A stretch of 39,863 nucleotides of DNA, from IMG/VR virus record IMGVR_UViG_3300020045_002020, positions 1-39,863 of that record; one strand, 5' to 3'. Position 1 is the first letter of the stretch. Every line of letters begins with the position of its first letter. This document shows, piece by piece, positions 19,472 through 27,712 of the stretch. The stretch is from a virus. Taxonomy: Duplodnaviria > Caudoviricetes. Both the position numbers and the translations under genes were made by a program. The notes beneath the pieces were generated by a model. It ran no database searches and was not told where the DNA came from. It was given only the letters and a program-made list of their open reading frames with translations.

Positions 19472-20283
19472 ACTTTTTCCTCCCACCAACGAAGAATATT
19501 CCCTGGTTTAGTATACCGAAGTTCGCCTAACAGTGGTATTAGATATTGTGGATTCGTCCAGAGGTCGATTGCAGTTTGGACCTGGTTGAATACCTCACCT
19601 GCGTTATCCTGAACACAATAGATGGCACTCTTCCAATGCTCTTCATACAAGTGGCTAGATGCTGCTGTCAAGTACAAAGTCCCAGGTTTAATCTGTTTGG
19701 TAGCGTCATCTATTCCTATATTAAGAAGCCCACAGATTAAATGTGCGATCATACTGAAGTTGAAGACGTCATAAGGAATACCAAGCCATGCATCTGAAGA
19801 TCTCATAAACGTATGATTATTCAGGTGGCCATCTCTAATATTGAAGAACATGGCGATAGTGCATGGAACATCCTTCGTCTCAGGAGGGTTCTCTCTCCAG
19901 AAAGTCATGCCAGCTTGGCGGGTATCCTTATCTTGGTCGAGTTTGCTGACAACATACCGGATCTGGTCCATGAGCTTAGGTCCGTATGCGCCGAAGAAGG
20001 TTTCACCGTTATCAGAGAAGTCTGCAATTCTCTTGTTCCACGGAGCAATATCTTCTACACGATCACTACCGGACAGGATCCAATGAGCTTCAGCTGCCAT
20101 GAACTGATAACTAAGCTTGCGGTCTGGTACGTCAAGCACTGGAGTCCTCATGTTCACCTTGATCGTGTTCTGAGGAATCTCCCTCGTCAACTTACCGCGA
20201 GGAGAGACTAGAGCACCATCTGCTATGATCTCACAGATCATACTAAGCCACACTGTTGAGAACGACACAGGTACGTAGTTCAT
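19468..20283 (-). CDS. Thymidylate synthase-fold enzyme, probable dCMP (hydroxy)methyltransferase
   Basis: GAYG, DTRQA, catalytic PC, MRSSDAWLGIPYD, HLY; Asp at the E. coli ThyA Asn177-equivalent site. Confidence 0.85.
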   Translation of the reverse strand: MNYVPVSFSTVWLSMICEIIADGALVSPRGKLTREIPQNTIKVNMRTPVLDVPDRKLSYQFMAAEAHWILSGSDRVEDIAPWNKRIADFSDNGETFFGAYGPKLMDQIRYVVSKLDQDKDTRQAGMTFWRENPPETKDVPCTIAMFFNIRDGHLNNHTFMRSSDAWLGIPYDVFNFSMIAHLICGLLNIGIDDATKQIKPGTLYLTAASSHLYEEHWKSAIYCVQDNAGEVFNQVQTAIDLWTNPQYLIPLLGELRYTKPGNILRWWEEKV

Positions 20284-20651
20284 TATCTCCCCTCCGTAGA
20301 TGCGATGTAGAAGCCTGCATAGTTGATAATATCCAGAGCAGTGTCAGAGAGACCTTCGAAATTCTCTTTCTTGCCGTCGATCTGTTTTTGAACGAGTGAA
20401 TTGAACCGCTGAGATTTAGTATGGAGCATCTGAGCATAACTCACGGCGCCGAATGGAAAATAGTTAGAGCGGTCGACATCATGGGGATTCACGTCCTTAC
20501 CGTGGTTGTAGTCCTGGCTCTTCTTAATGCATAAAAGAGCCGCTTGCGCCAGAGCACCAGGATGCCCGCCACGATTGGCGAGCTCCTGAAGCAGTTCTTC
20601 ACTTGACGCTTCCAATATTACTTGGCTTCTGTTAGCTTCACTTAGGCTCAT
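20283..20651 (-). CDS. Nucleotide-modification-associated domain 1 (Nmad1/DUF1599)-like protein
   Basis: KKSQDY...K..R...E.LSDTALDIINY motif; start reassigned to 20651. Confidence 0.65.
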   Translation of the reverse strand: MSLSEANRSQVILEASSEELLQELANRGGHPGALAQAALLCIKKSQDYNHGKDVNPHDVDRSNYFPFGAVSYAQMLHTKSQRFNSLVQKQIDGKKENFEGLSDTALDIINYAGFYIASTEGR

Positions 20652-21030
20652 TGTCTTCACCTTCTGGTATACTTGGACTAGTTTCTGCAGACTTAACGGA
20701 TCCATCGGCAATCCTGCCATTATTTACCTCCCACTTCTTCCTCAGAGCATCTGTCAACTCCATGGGAGTCAATCCGTAAGCCAGTGCAGCGTTGGCCCAG
20801 AACTGAAGGATGTCAGTCATCTCAGTGGCAAGAGCGGCACGATTAACCTCTATCTTCTTGGTTTTCCAAGGCTTGAAGTTGATCTCCTGCATCGCTTCAG
20901 TTGTTTCCACGATGACATGAAGAAGGTTCTCTTTCACACCTTCCTCGCCGGCACCAGTAGGATTGCCCATACGCTTCTGCAACTCAAATTGAGTGGTGAG
21001 CAACTCGTTAAGATCTAAAAAGTCAAACAT
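20638..21030 (-). CDS. All-alpha NTP pyrophosphatase (dimeric dUTPase/dCTPase, MazG-like)
   Basis: ETTEAMQEINFKPWK, EMTDILQF, KWEVNNGR motifs. Confidence 0.8.
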   Translation of the reverse strand: MFDFLDLNELLTTQFELQKRMGNPTGAGEEGVKENLLHVIVETTEAMQEINFKPWKTKKIEVNRAALATEMTDILQFWANAALAYGLTPMELTDALRKKWEVNNGRIADGSVKSAETSPSIPEGEDNEPK

Positions 21031-21803
21031 TATTTCTTCCCCTTAAGAGGTTTGCGACACACCCAGAGATTATTGCGAGAGTGGTCTGGGTACAAAGGAC
21101 CAAAGATGTTGCTGATGGCATCGTTGTCAAAGTACTTATCAAGCTGAGACCTGACCAACTTGATGGCAGCACCGAGTTCTTTGTCGTCATCTGGCGCTAC
21201 CTTACCTATATATTTTATATCCATGAACGTGCCATAGCGCTTTTCAATTTCGAAACCTGCCTTCTCAGTGATCTTCTGAAGCTCAGGAACGGTATACTCA
21301 TGGATGTGGTTAGCCGCGTGGCGCTTCCCATCGTAGCATGGCGTAGACATCAACATCACACCACCAGGTTTCAAGGATTCGAATGCGGCCTTCAGTAACT
21401 TAGTGCCACTGTCTACCTTCATGTGCTCAATGACTTCATAATGAACGACAACATCAAACAGGCCATGCTCTTTGATCAACTTCTTGTAGTTATTGGTGAA
21501 GTCAAACTCTCCATAGAACTCCAACCGTTGACTGTTAGACGGTTTTAGTTTGTTCAGATCAACACCAACGTAGCGGTCGACGTGAGCCGAAGCACCACCT
21601 GTAAGGATCTTGCTCAGTGGTTTTTCTTCACCGCATCCAATTTCAAGTACTGAGTCTTTGGCGCTGATGAAACGACGGGCAAAGCTCCAGCGCCAGAAAT
21701 GGGCAGAATAATCTCTGTGAAGAGTCTTGCCATGACCTGACAGCTTCAACTGGGTTGTATCGAACTCTCGCTCGTCTCGTTTTACTTCTCTTGAAATTGG
21801 CAT
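21030..21803 (-). CDS. Class I SAM-dependent methyltransferase
   Basis: VLEIGCG, YVGVDL, FDVVVHYEVIEH, LKPGG...STP. Confidence 0.88.
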   Translation of the reverse strand: MPISREVKRDEREFDTTQLKLSGHGKTLHRDYSAHFWRWSFARRFISAKDSVLEIGCGEEKPLSKILTGGASAHVDRYVGVDLNKLKPSNSQRLEFYGEFDFTNNYKKLIKEHGLFDVVVHYEVIEHMKVDSGTKLLKAAFESLKPGGVMLMSTPCYDGKRHAANHIHEYTVPELQKITEKAGFEIEKRYGTFMDIKYIGKVAPDDDKELGAAIKLVRSQLDKYFDNDAISNIFGPLYPDHSRNNLWVCRKPLKGKK

Positions 21804-21804
21804 A

Positions 21805-21957
21805 TTACTTCTCCACCTTAAGGATTCCGCAGCCTAGACCTTTGCTGCTTAGTTGAATTTGACGACTCGCTTTCTTCGCCTGGTTGATTGAATCATACTT
21901 TTGAGAACCATCTGGTCCTTTTATCACGTATCTCCTACGAAAATATTCAGTTTTCAT
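21805..21957 (-). CDS. Small basic hypothetical protein (50 aa)
   Basis: MKTEYFRRRY...LKVEK; TAATG coupling upstream; fills the gap; below the ORF-track cutoff. Confidence 0.6.
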   Translation of the reverse strand: MKTEYFRRRYVIKGPDGSQKYDSINQAKKASRQIQLSSKGLGCGILKVEK

Positions 21958-22607
21958 TATTTCGCCTCCGGTGGGTTCTCGCCCTTCTTGATTAAATTGT
22001 TACGGTACCACTTAACGTAACTCCGCTTTTTGTCGTCAAGCCAAAATGCTTCCTGAACCTGACTAAAGATCTCATCATCAGTTAACTTACCACCCATGAT
22101 AAGACCTTGAAACATCTGAGCAGCAGAAGAATACTCGCCGTCCTTAGATTTCACCTTCTTGGCTGGTTTCTTAGCAGGAGGTTCTACAGGATTCTTCTTA
22201 ACAACCAGCTTGGTTGGCTTCTCTGTCTTATCAACAGGTACTTTCTCCGTCTTCTTCTTCTTCTCTGTGTCATCAAACAGAGACTTCTTCTTGGATGTTG
22301 CCATTTCACGATCCTCCTTTGAGATAGTAGTGACCTGAGATAAAAAGTCTAACACTTCGTCACTGGCACCGAGAGCCAATGCGTAATTTAAATACAACTG
22401 ACACCCTTTGTCAACAGGATAGTCAGGCATAACACTGTAACGGTGTTCAAATGAGCCAACTGAGGTTTCAGATACCTCAAACCCGGTATCCACGCACATT
22501 GGGATGTACTTTACCACTCCTTCATTCTTGTATACCATAAGACAGGTACGACCTTGGTGGTCGCGACATACAGCGAAATCACTTCCGCTTTCCTTTCTTT
22601 TTGACAT
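21957..22607 (-). CDS. Hypothetical protein with Lys-rich linker and C-terminal domain paralogous to 24020-24547
   Basis: GAGG RBS at the 22607 start; KKRSYVKWYRNNLIKKGENPP. Confidence 0.75.
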   Translation of the reverse strand: MSKRKESGSDFAVCRDHQGRTCLMVYKNEGVVKYIPMCVDTGFEVSETSVGSFEHRYSVMPDYPVDKGCQLYLNYALALGASDEVLDFLSQVTTISKEDREMATSKKKSLFDDTEKKKKTEKVPVDKTEKPTKLVVKKNPVEPPAKKPAKKVKSKDGEYSSAAQMFQGLIMGGKLTDDEIFSQVQEAFWLDDKKRSYVKWYRNNLIKKGENPPEAK

Positions 22608-22845
22608 GTTTAACCTCATTATCTAGTTCAAGAGCGATCATTGATAATTCTAGAAGTCCTTGGATCCAGACTCTAGATTCTTCGTACTGGAAAGGTCCTG
22701 CAGTTTGCCAGTGAAACCTTGCACCTTTATTGTCGCTAGTTACTAATCCACGACGACAGCCATCAATATAGAGTTGGAATCTCTTCTCATTGTCAACGCT
22801 CTCATCACGAATGTCTATTGTGTCTACATCACTTTGTGCCATCAC
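22579..22845 (-). CDS. Hypothetical protein
   Basis: ORF in a tightly packed operon with AAGG RBS. Confidence 0.6.
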   Translation of the reverse strand: MMAQSDVDTIDIRDESVDNEKRFQLYIDGCRRGLVTSDNKGARFHWQTAGPFQYEESRVWIQGLLELSMIALELDNEVKHVKKKGKRK

Positions 22846-23023
22846 ACCTTCCTTTATATGGAGGCCAGCCTGGGCGATCTTCAGGTGGCAGATGTTTAAA
22901 CTCTTCCCATTTAGCAGTCATCTTACAGTAGAGTTCATAGTCTACCTTGTCTGTAATCTCAGTATCTGAGAATACCCACAGTAGCCCGATGACGCACAGC
23001 GAAACTATTATAGATTTTGTCAT
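22829..23023 (-). CDS. Small membrane-anchored hypothetical protein
   Basis: N-terminal hydrophobic segment; C-terminal YCKM...GWPPYKGRC. Confidence 0.65.
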   Translation of the reverse strand: MTKSIIVSLCVIGLLWVFSDTEITDKVDYELYCKMTAKWEEFKHLPPEDRPGWPPYKGRCDGTK

Positions 23024-23265
23024 GTGTCACGTCTTCCATAAGGAAAGGTCAAATAGTCTGGGTCAAGCTGTGCTAGTCTACGTTCAAAACTCTCATCCAT
23101 TTCTTTGATTCTCTTAATCTACCAGTCTTTGCTGATGCCCATATCTTTCCAAGCCTTTACGCTTTGATCAGTTATTGGTGTTCCTGTGCTTATCACGCTG
23201 CACAAGTGCGTAATATCTTTCTCTTCACGCATAACAAGGCAATCAGCATCATTCGCTTCACTCAT
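23020..23265 (-). pseudogene. 81-codon ORF interrupted by an in-frame TAG at 23119-23121
   Basis: AAAGGAG RBS and ATG inside the attC-like site; the frame continues past the TAG to a TGA that overlaps the next ATG (ATGA). Confidence 0.55.
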
Positions 23266-23306
23266 TCGGAACTCCTTTAAGTCGTCCTGTTATTGCGACG
23301 TTACGA
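23229..23306 (+). mobile_element. attC-like recombination site A1
   Basis: GCATAAC...GCAATcAGCA / TGTTATTGC...GTTACGA; arms pair with one extra C. Confidence 0.75.
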
Positions 23307-23510
23307 GTCGCCATCAAACCACACGGTTGTCATAGAGGCAGGCGGGATAAATACACCAACACCATGAATCACCTCGCACCTGTAATCCGATTTAAAGTCA
23401 CAACTCAAGAATTTCACGCCATTCCATACCCAAGGCACTACGCCTAGAAAAATTACAACCACAACCACAATCATCAACTCAACCAATGTAAAACCTTTTT
23501 GCTTCGTCAT
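23301..23510 (-). CDS. Small prepilin-type (class III signal peptide) protein in a cassette
   Basis: MTKQKG/FTLVELMIVVVVV; GAGG RBS; stop codon inside the attC core. Confidence 0.8.
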   Translation of the reverse strand: MTKQKGFTLVELMIVVVVVIFLGVVPWVWNGVKFLSCDFKSDYRCEVIHGVGVFIPPASMTTVWFDGDS

Positions 23511-23539
23511 AATAATAATATCCTCTTAATTAAAATTAC

Positions 23540-23606
23540 ACGTAACAATGCGCTCATGCAGTTTCACTCGGACGCGCTTCATGAGCCGCATAGCTTTTGG
23601 TTACAA
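23540..23606 (+). mobile_element. attC-like recombination site A2
   Basis: ACGTAAC...GCTcATGC / GCATAGC...GTTACAA. Confidence 0.72.
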
Positions 23607-23798
23607 CTCTTTCTCAAGTTCTTTGATTATTGCTTTTATACAGTTCTTACAGGGAGCAATTGAGCCACCAACAGATAAAGCAACGTGTTGTGCATCTTGG
23701 AATGCCCAAGATGCATTGAATTTTCTACCGCACCAGACTTCAGGAATTCCCAGCTGCTTCCCATCTTTATGCGTATATTTGATAACGTGTCTGCTCAT
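23601..23798 (-). CDS. Cassette-borne hypothetical protein (WCG...CxxC, possible metal binding)
   Basis: 65 aa; stop codon inside the attC core; preceded by a G11 run. Confidence 0.7.
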   Translation of the reverse strand: MSRHVIKYTHKDGKQLGIPEVWCGRKFNASWAFQDAQHVALSVGGSIAPCKNCIKAIIKELEKEL

Positions 23799-23802
23799 TT
23801 AG

Positions 23803-23813
23803 CCCCCCCCCCC
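23803..23813. repeat. C11/G11 homopolymer at the RBS position of 23601-23798
   Basis: 11 consecutive C on the + strand, 4 nt from the ATG. Confidence 0.85.
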
Positions 23814-23820
23814 ATTGAGT

Positions 23821-23850
23821 TACAACAAGTAAATTAAGTCGGACAACCCA
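23821..23850 (+). mobile_element. Truncated attC-like left half A3
   Basis: TACAACAAGTAAATTAAGTCGGAC resembles an attC left arm; flank GAGTTACAAC is 8/10 complementary to GTTACAACTC at 23600. Confidence 0.45.
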
Positions 23851-23941
23851 CCACTACGTCTGAAAACCATTCCTTATTTCCATTTTGCGCTCTGCTGCCT
23901 TTATAACTCTAATCTGCAAATCTGTCATAACTACTACGTCA

Positions 23942-24009
23942 CACTAACAAGGCAAATCACGCGGAACTCATTCGGGCGGCGAAGCCGCCCGCATAGCTTG
24001 GCGTTAATG
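23942..24009 (+). mobile_element. attC-like recombination site A4
   Basis: CACTAACAAGGCAAATCACGCGG...GGGCGGCGAAGCCGCCC...GCATAGCTTGGCGTTAATG. Confidence 0.65.
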
Positions 24010-24019
24010 TGCGTGTCAT

Positions 24020-24547
24020 CTAGTCCTCAAGCACATGAAGAACATTGGGGTCTTGCCGCGCTAGATCAAAGGCCGGAGGGAGTTGACCCTTACGACGTAG
24101 CTCGCAGCGATACCAAGCTGGGTAGCTCTTCTTCTCAGGTCCGAAACGTTCCTCTCCATACTCAGCTTGAAGAGCTGCGAAGATGGTAGGATTGTCTGCG
24201 CCCTCTAAGATCATATCACGACATAGACTGGAGATGGTGACACGCGGAGCTTTCTTAGCAGGCTTCTTCTCAGCTTTAGGTTTCTTCTCAGCTTTAGGCT
24301 TCTTCTCAGTTTTAGGCTTCTTCTCAGCTTTAGGCTTCTTCTCAGTTTTAGGCTTCTTCTCAACTTTAGGCTTCTTAAGATCAAGAAGATAATTCTCTGC
24401 CATTGCAATGTTACATGCGAATCTCCCATCTCCCATCTTATCGATGAAGAGACCGTAATCGCGTGAATTAATGCCCATATTACGAAGCAGCGCAGTGGCG
24501 GAGTCACGACGGGCGTAGAATTTAGTAGCATCATCTTGTTTAGTCAT
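24020..24547 (-). CDS. Basic protein with KKPK(A/T/V)E repeats, putative DNA-binding
   Basis: First gene after a strong promoter; histone H1-like linker. Confidence 0.8.
   Translation of the reverse strand: MTKQDDATKFYARRDSATALLRNMGINSRDYGLFIDKMGDGRFACNIAMAENYLLDLKKPKVEKKPKTEKKPKAEKKPKTEKKPKAEKKPKAEKKPAKKAPRVTISSLCRDMILEGADNPTIFAALQAEYGEERFGPEKKSYPAWYRCELRRKGQLPPAFDLARQDPNVLHVLED
24261..24376. repeat. 18-bp tandem repeat, six units plus a partial unit
   Basis: GGCTTCTTCTCAGCTTTA variants encoding KKPKxE. Confidence 0.9.
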
Positions 24548-24592
24548 GTTTTAACCCTCAGCAAGGTTTTGTTAATTTGTGATCGTATAGAG

Positions 24593-24621
24593 ATTATAGC
24601 GCGAGATCACTGAGTTGTAAA
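24593..24621 (-). promoter_or_regulatory. Sigma70-like promoter
   Basis: TTTACA-N17-TATAAT on the - strand. Confidence 0.8.
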
Positions 24622-24635
24622 CACCTAATTACACT

Positions 24636-26099
24636 TTATTTTATCTTTTTAAGTGCTTCAAACAGAGCATTCTGGCCCTTACGCTTCACCTTCAGAGCTG
24701 CCAGAACGACCTCATCTATGGTACCTTCAGCTATTATATGGTGTAAGAACACGCGCTTCCTAGTGTTACCCTGCCTAAGGACTCGGCGGTTGAACTGGTC
24801 ATATAGTTCATAATCCCACGTTAGTGAGTGCCACGCCACGTGGTTGCAAGCACCTTGGAGGTTCAAACCGTGACCAGCAGACTGAGGATGGGCTAGTAAT
24901 AAGGGAAGCTCACCGTTATTCCATCTGATTTCGATCTCTTTTGATCGTTTAACAGACACTCCGCCACCTATGTACGGAACATCCTTACCAAACCGCTTCT
25001 GAAGCCTGCCTAGATCATGCTTGAAGTCGTAGGCCACTAGAAGTGGAGAACCTTGCAGCTCTTCTAGTAGATCATCCAACACGTCTATCTTCGCCTCGTG
25101 GAGATCTACCCAGTCTCTATTGGTCGTAGGCAGCTTAATCAGTGCCTGGACCTCAGGATCAATATAGATTCCACCGTTCGCCACCTGTCTACATTTCATA
25201 CTAGCCGTGGCCGCAGTCTTGGCTGTTACTACACCTTCGTCTAGTTTCGCTACCAAGTCTTCTTCCAACTCATTGTAGATCTTCATGACCTTATCAGGCA
25301 GTCTGACACTGATATTGTTCTCCACCACCTCTGGCATATCCAACAGATCATCTCCCATCCGCAAGGCGAGTGGGGCAAGGCGCTCATAAATCTCCTGGTC
25401 AGCACCTTCACGGATCGTCCAGCTGAACCCGTCGTAGCCTTGGTCGAAGTACTTCATTCTGTAATGGCTGATGTAAGGTCCTAACGTCCTGCCTTGATCA
25501 AGCATGTAACACTGGCCAAACAGATCCAGCAGACCATTAGAGGCAGGAGATCCTGTCAACCCCCAACGCCTGGAGAACGAGTTCAGAACCAACTTCATAG
25601 CCTTGAAGCGATTCGTCTGAGGATGTTTGAACTTAGATAGTTCATCGATGACTAGTGTATCAAAACCAAACTTATTCCATCGGCGCATATCTACTGTCAC
25701 CTTGGTCTTACCAGACTTGGTCTTAGCCTTCTGAACGTCGAGAAGCCAGTCCAAACCCTCAGGGTTAATCACGTAGATGTCTGCCTCTTCCTCAAGCAGT
25801 TCGTTCTTCTTTGGTCCATGGAGCACGACTGTTTTCAAGCCTTTGAAGTCTATCCACTTCTCAATCTCTGCTGGCCATACAGAATGGCAAACACGTAGAG
25901 GAGCCACCAATAAAACCTTAGATAGAATCTTCTTCGCCTTCAGGAGTTTAATAGCGGCAAGAGTTATTGATGTTTTACCCAGCCCGGGATCTAAGAACAG
26001 TGCAGCGGCGCCGTGCTGCAGCAAGAATTTTACGGCTTTCTTTTGGTAGGCGTGTGGCTTCCAAGGCTTCGATGACTGCTTGAAAAGCGTCGATTGCAT
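24636..26099 (-). CDS. SNF2-family helicase
   Basis: DPGLGKT, IDELS, GLTGSP, HPQSAGHGLNLQ, QFNRRVLRQG. Confidence 0.92.
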   Translation of the reverse strand: MQSTLFKQSSKPWKPHAYQKKAVKFLLQHGAAALFLDPGLGKTSITLAAIKLLKAKKILSKVLLVAPLRVCHSVWPAEIEKWIDFKGLKTVVLHGPKKNELLEEEADIYVINPEGLDWLLDVQKAKTKSGKTKVTVDMRRWNKFGFDTLVIDELSKFKHPQTNRFKAMKLVLNSFSRRWGLTGSPASNGLLDLFGQCYMLDQGRTLGPYISHYRMKYFDQGYDGFSWTIREGADQEIYERLAPLALRMGDDLLDMPEVVENNISVRLPDKVMKIYNELEEDLVAKLDEGVVTAKTAATASMKCRQVANGGIYIDPEVQALIKLPTTNRDWVDLHEAKIDVLDDLLEELQGSPLLVAYDFKHDLGRLQKRFGKDVPYIGGGVSVKRSKEIEIRWNNGELPLLLAHPQSAGHGLNLQGACNHVAWHSLTWDYELYDQFNRRVLRQGNTRKRVFLHHIIAEGTIDEVVLAALKVKRKGQNALFEALKKIK

Positions 26100-26343
26100 T
26101 GTCGTGTACCTCTACTTGGTATCCAAGATCTCGTAGTTGTTGGTGGATTTTATCTTGTTTAGGTCTAGGATCTTCTCCAGGACGTTTAAATTCTATAAGG
26201 AGAGGACGACCTCCAGGCATCCAGAATATTCGATCTGGATACCCTGTGTCTCCTAGTATTTTGAGCTTAGATCCCTCTATACCTAGGTTCTTCCAAACCA
26301 GGTTGCAGGCATCTAGCTCAATATCATTTTCAAGTTTGTTCAC
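25975..26343 (-). CDS. VRR-NUC domain nuclease
   Basis: GYPDRIF...IEFKRPG..PRPKQ motif, upstream of the helicase. Confidence 0.85.
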   Translation of the reverse strand: MNKLENDIELDACNLVWKNLGIEGSKLKILGDTGYPDRIFWMPGGRPLLIEFKRPGEDPRPKQDKIHQQLRDLGYQVEVHDNAIDAFQAVIEALEATRLPKESRKILAAARRRCTVLRSRAG

Positions 26344-26966
26344 TTAAGTAGTTGCATCGCATGGAGAGCTTGAGATTTAGCATCGTCCAACGCATTGTGA
26401 TAAGTACCTTCGCGTTTGAGGGACGGACCTTCGATCAAATTCTTCAGTGTGCGGTAGCAACGACCATTCCACGGAGACCATGGTACTTTACGACCAAGTG
26501 CATTATAGCAACACGCGAGAATCGCATTGTCGAAATCTGCACCATTACCCCAGATTTTTACCTGCTTCAATCCAACCTGATATAGGTAGTCGTTGAACTC
26601 GTTCAAAGATCTGGCCAATGGGATGGACTTATCTTTATCACCAGCCTCAATTAATACTTGGCGAGCTTCTTCAGATTGTTTCTCCCACCAATCCATGGTA
26701 TCCTCGTTTATATGAAGTCCTTGGCTTATACAATCATCAGTATTGACAACGATATAGAACTCAGGTCCAAGCTCTCCGGTCTGTGCGTTGAACGCCACGG
26801 CGCCAATGGAGAGAACCACACATCCAGGAACGGTACCCAGAGTTTCTAGATCTACCATAACATCTGTGAAGATGGTTTGTTGCGTACGTTGAGGTTTCAT
26901 TACAATTTTCCTTTTGGTGATTAAATAGATGAGTAAGAAGCAGAAGGCTAACCCTAACCACTCCAT
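26340..26966 (-). CDS. DEDDh 3'-5' exonuclease (start may be 26900)
   Basis: VMVDLETLG, WGNGADFD, HNALDDA. Confidence 0.85.
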   Translation of the reverse strand: MEWLGLAFCFLLIYLITKRKIVMKPQRTQQTIFTDVMVDLETLGTVPGCVVLSIGAVAFNAQTGELGPEFYIVVNTDDCISQGLHINEDTMDWWEKQSEEARQVLIEAGDKDKSIPLARSLNEFNDYLYQVGLKQVKIWGNGADFDNAILACCYNALGRKVPWSPWNGRCYRTLKNLIEGPSLKREGTYHNALDDAKSQALHAMQLLK

Positions 26967-27712
26967 CAGAATTTACACTGGCCACCGCCAGCCATCTTGT
27001 TAGATTTCCTGAAGAAACACCAATGGCACTTGTTATTAGGGCGAGGTGCAAATGACTTATCCTTCATCATGGGCTGCACTCTCTTGTTCCAAAGCTTCTT
27101 GAGCTTAGGAATATCCTTTCGATTGAAGGTCAACTCTTTCTCATCGTCGGAACCTTCTTCTGGGTAGATAACACCGTGGTCCAGATAGACAAGGCGAGGC
27201 TTCACTACCTCAATGTGTTCATGAAGCAGCAGTGCCGCCAGAGCATAGAGTCCAAGTTGCTCGATGTACTCCTCATTCATCTCAGGACGGAACTTACCAG
27301 TCTTCCAGTCATTGACTATGAGGACGTCATCTGTACCTTCCTCATGCTCAGCGCAGTCCAACTTGATACGAACCCAACAACCAATCCAGTCGTTCCAAGA
27401 GGTTTCATCCCAATCCTTGGTGAAGGCCCATGTGTCTTCCACGACCATACCGTTGATCGCCTTCTTGTATTGCTTACGTAGCCGTTGAAATAGAGCTTTA
27501 AACTCCTTGAGTTCATTAGGTAGGCTCGTAATAGTTCCCTTGATATAAGCTTCCGCCTTATCATGGATCTTAGCACCACGATCCATTGCTGGATTAGGTG
27601 GCTCCTTGATTTTATCAATGAATTGAAGTTTCGCCTTCAGTGGGCATTGCTTATAACAGCTATACCGGCTGAAGGACCAAGCGGTTATTTGTTGGGGTTT
27701 TGATTTACTCAC
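26966..27712 (-). CDS. PD-(D/E)XK exonuclease, Cas4/RecB-like
   Basis: SFSR...QCP, RG..IH, KLD, DWKTGK, QL.LY, C-terminal CxxC...C. Confidence 0.85.
   Translation of the reverse strand: MSKSKPQQITAWSFSRYSCYKQCPLKAKLQFIDKIKEPPNPAMDRGAKIHDKAEAYIKGTITSLPNELKEFKALFQRLRKQYKKAINGMVVEDTWAFTKDWDETSWNDWIGCWVRIKLDCAEHEEGTDDVLIVNDWKTGKFRPEMNEEYIEQLGLYALAALLLHEHIEVVKPRLVYLDHGVIYPEEGSDDEKELTFNRKDIPKLKKLWNKRVQPMMKDKSFAPRPNNKCHWCFFRKSNKMAGGGQCKF

Noticed and set aside
23119-23121. Genome-wide TAG reassignment
   Set aside because: terL, portal and several other core genes end normally at TAG, and no suppressor tRNA was seen.
24261-24376. CRISPR-like array
   Set aside because: Contiguous 18-bp coding repeats with no spacers.
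26900-26966. Membrane anchor on the DEDDh exonuclease
   Set aside because: The hydrophobic N-terminus depends on the upstream start; an alternative ATG at 26900 has its own AAGGA RBS, so this cannot be decided from sequence.
26966-27712. CRISPR-associated Cas4
   Set aside because: No array or other cas genes; a Cas4-like exonuclease is a usual part of this type of replication module.
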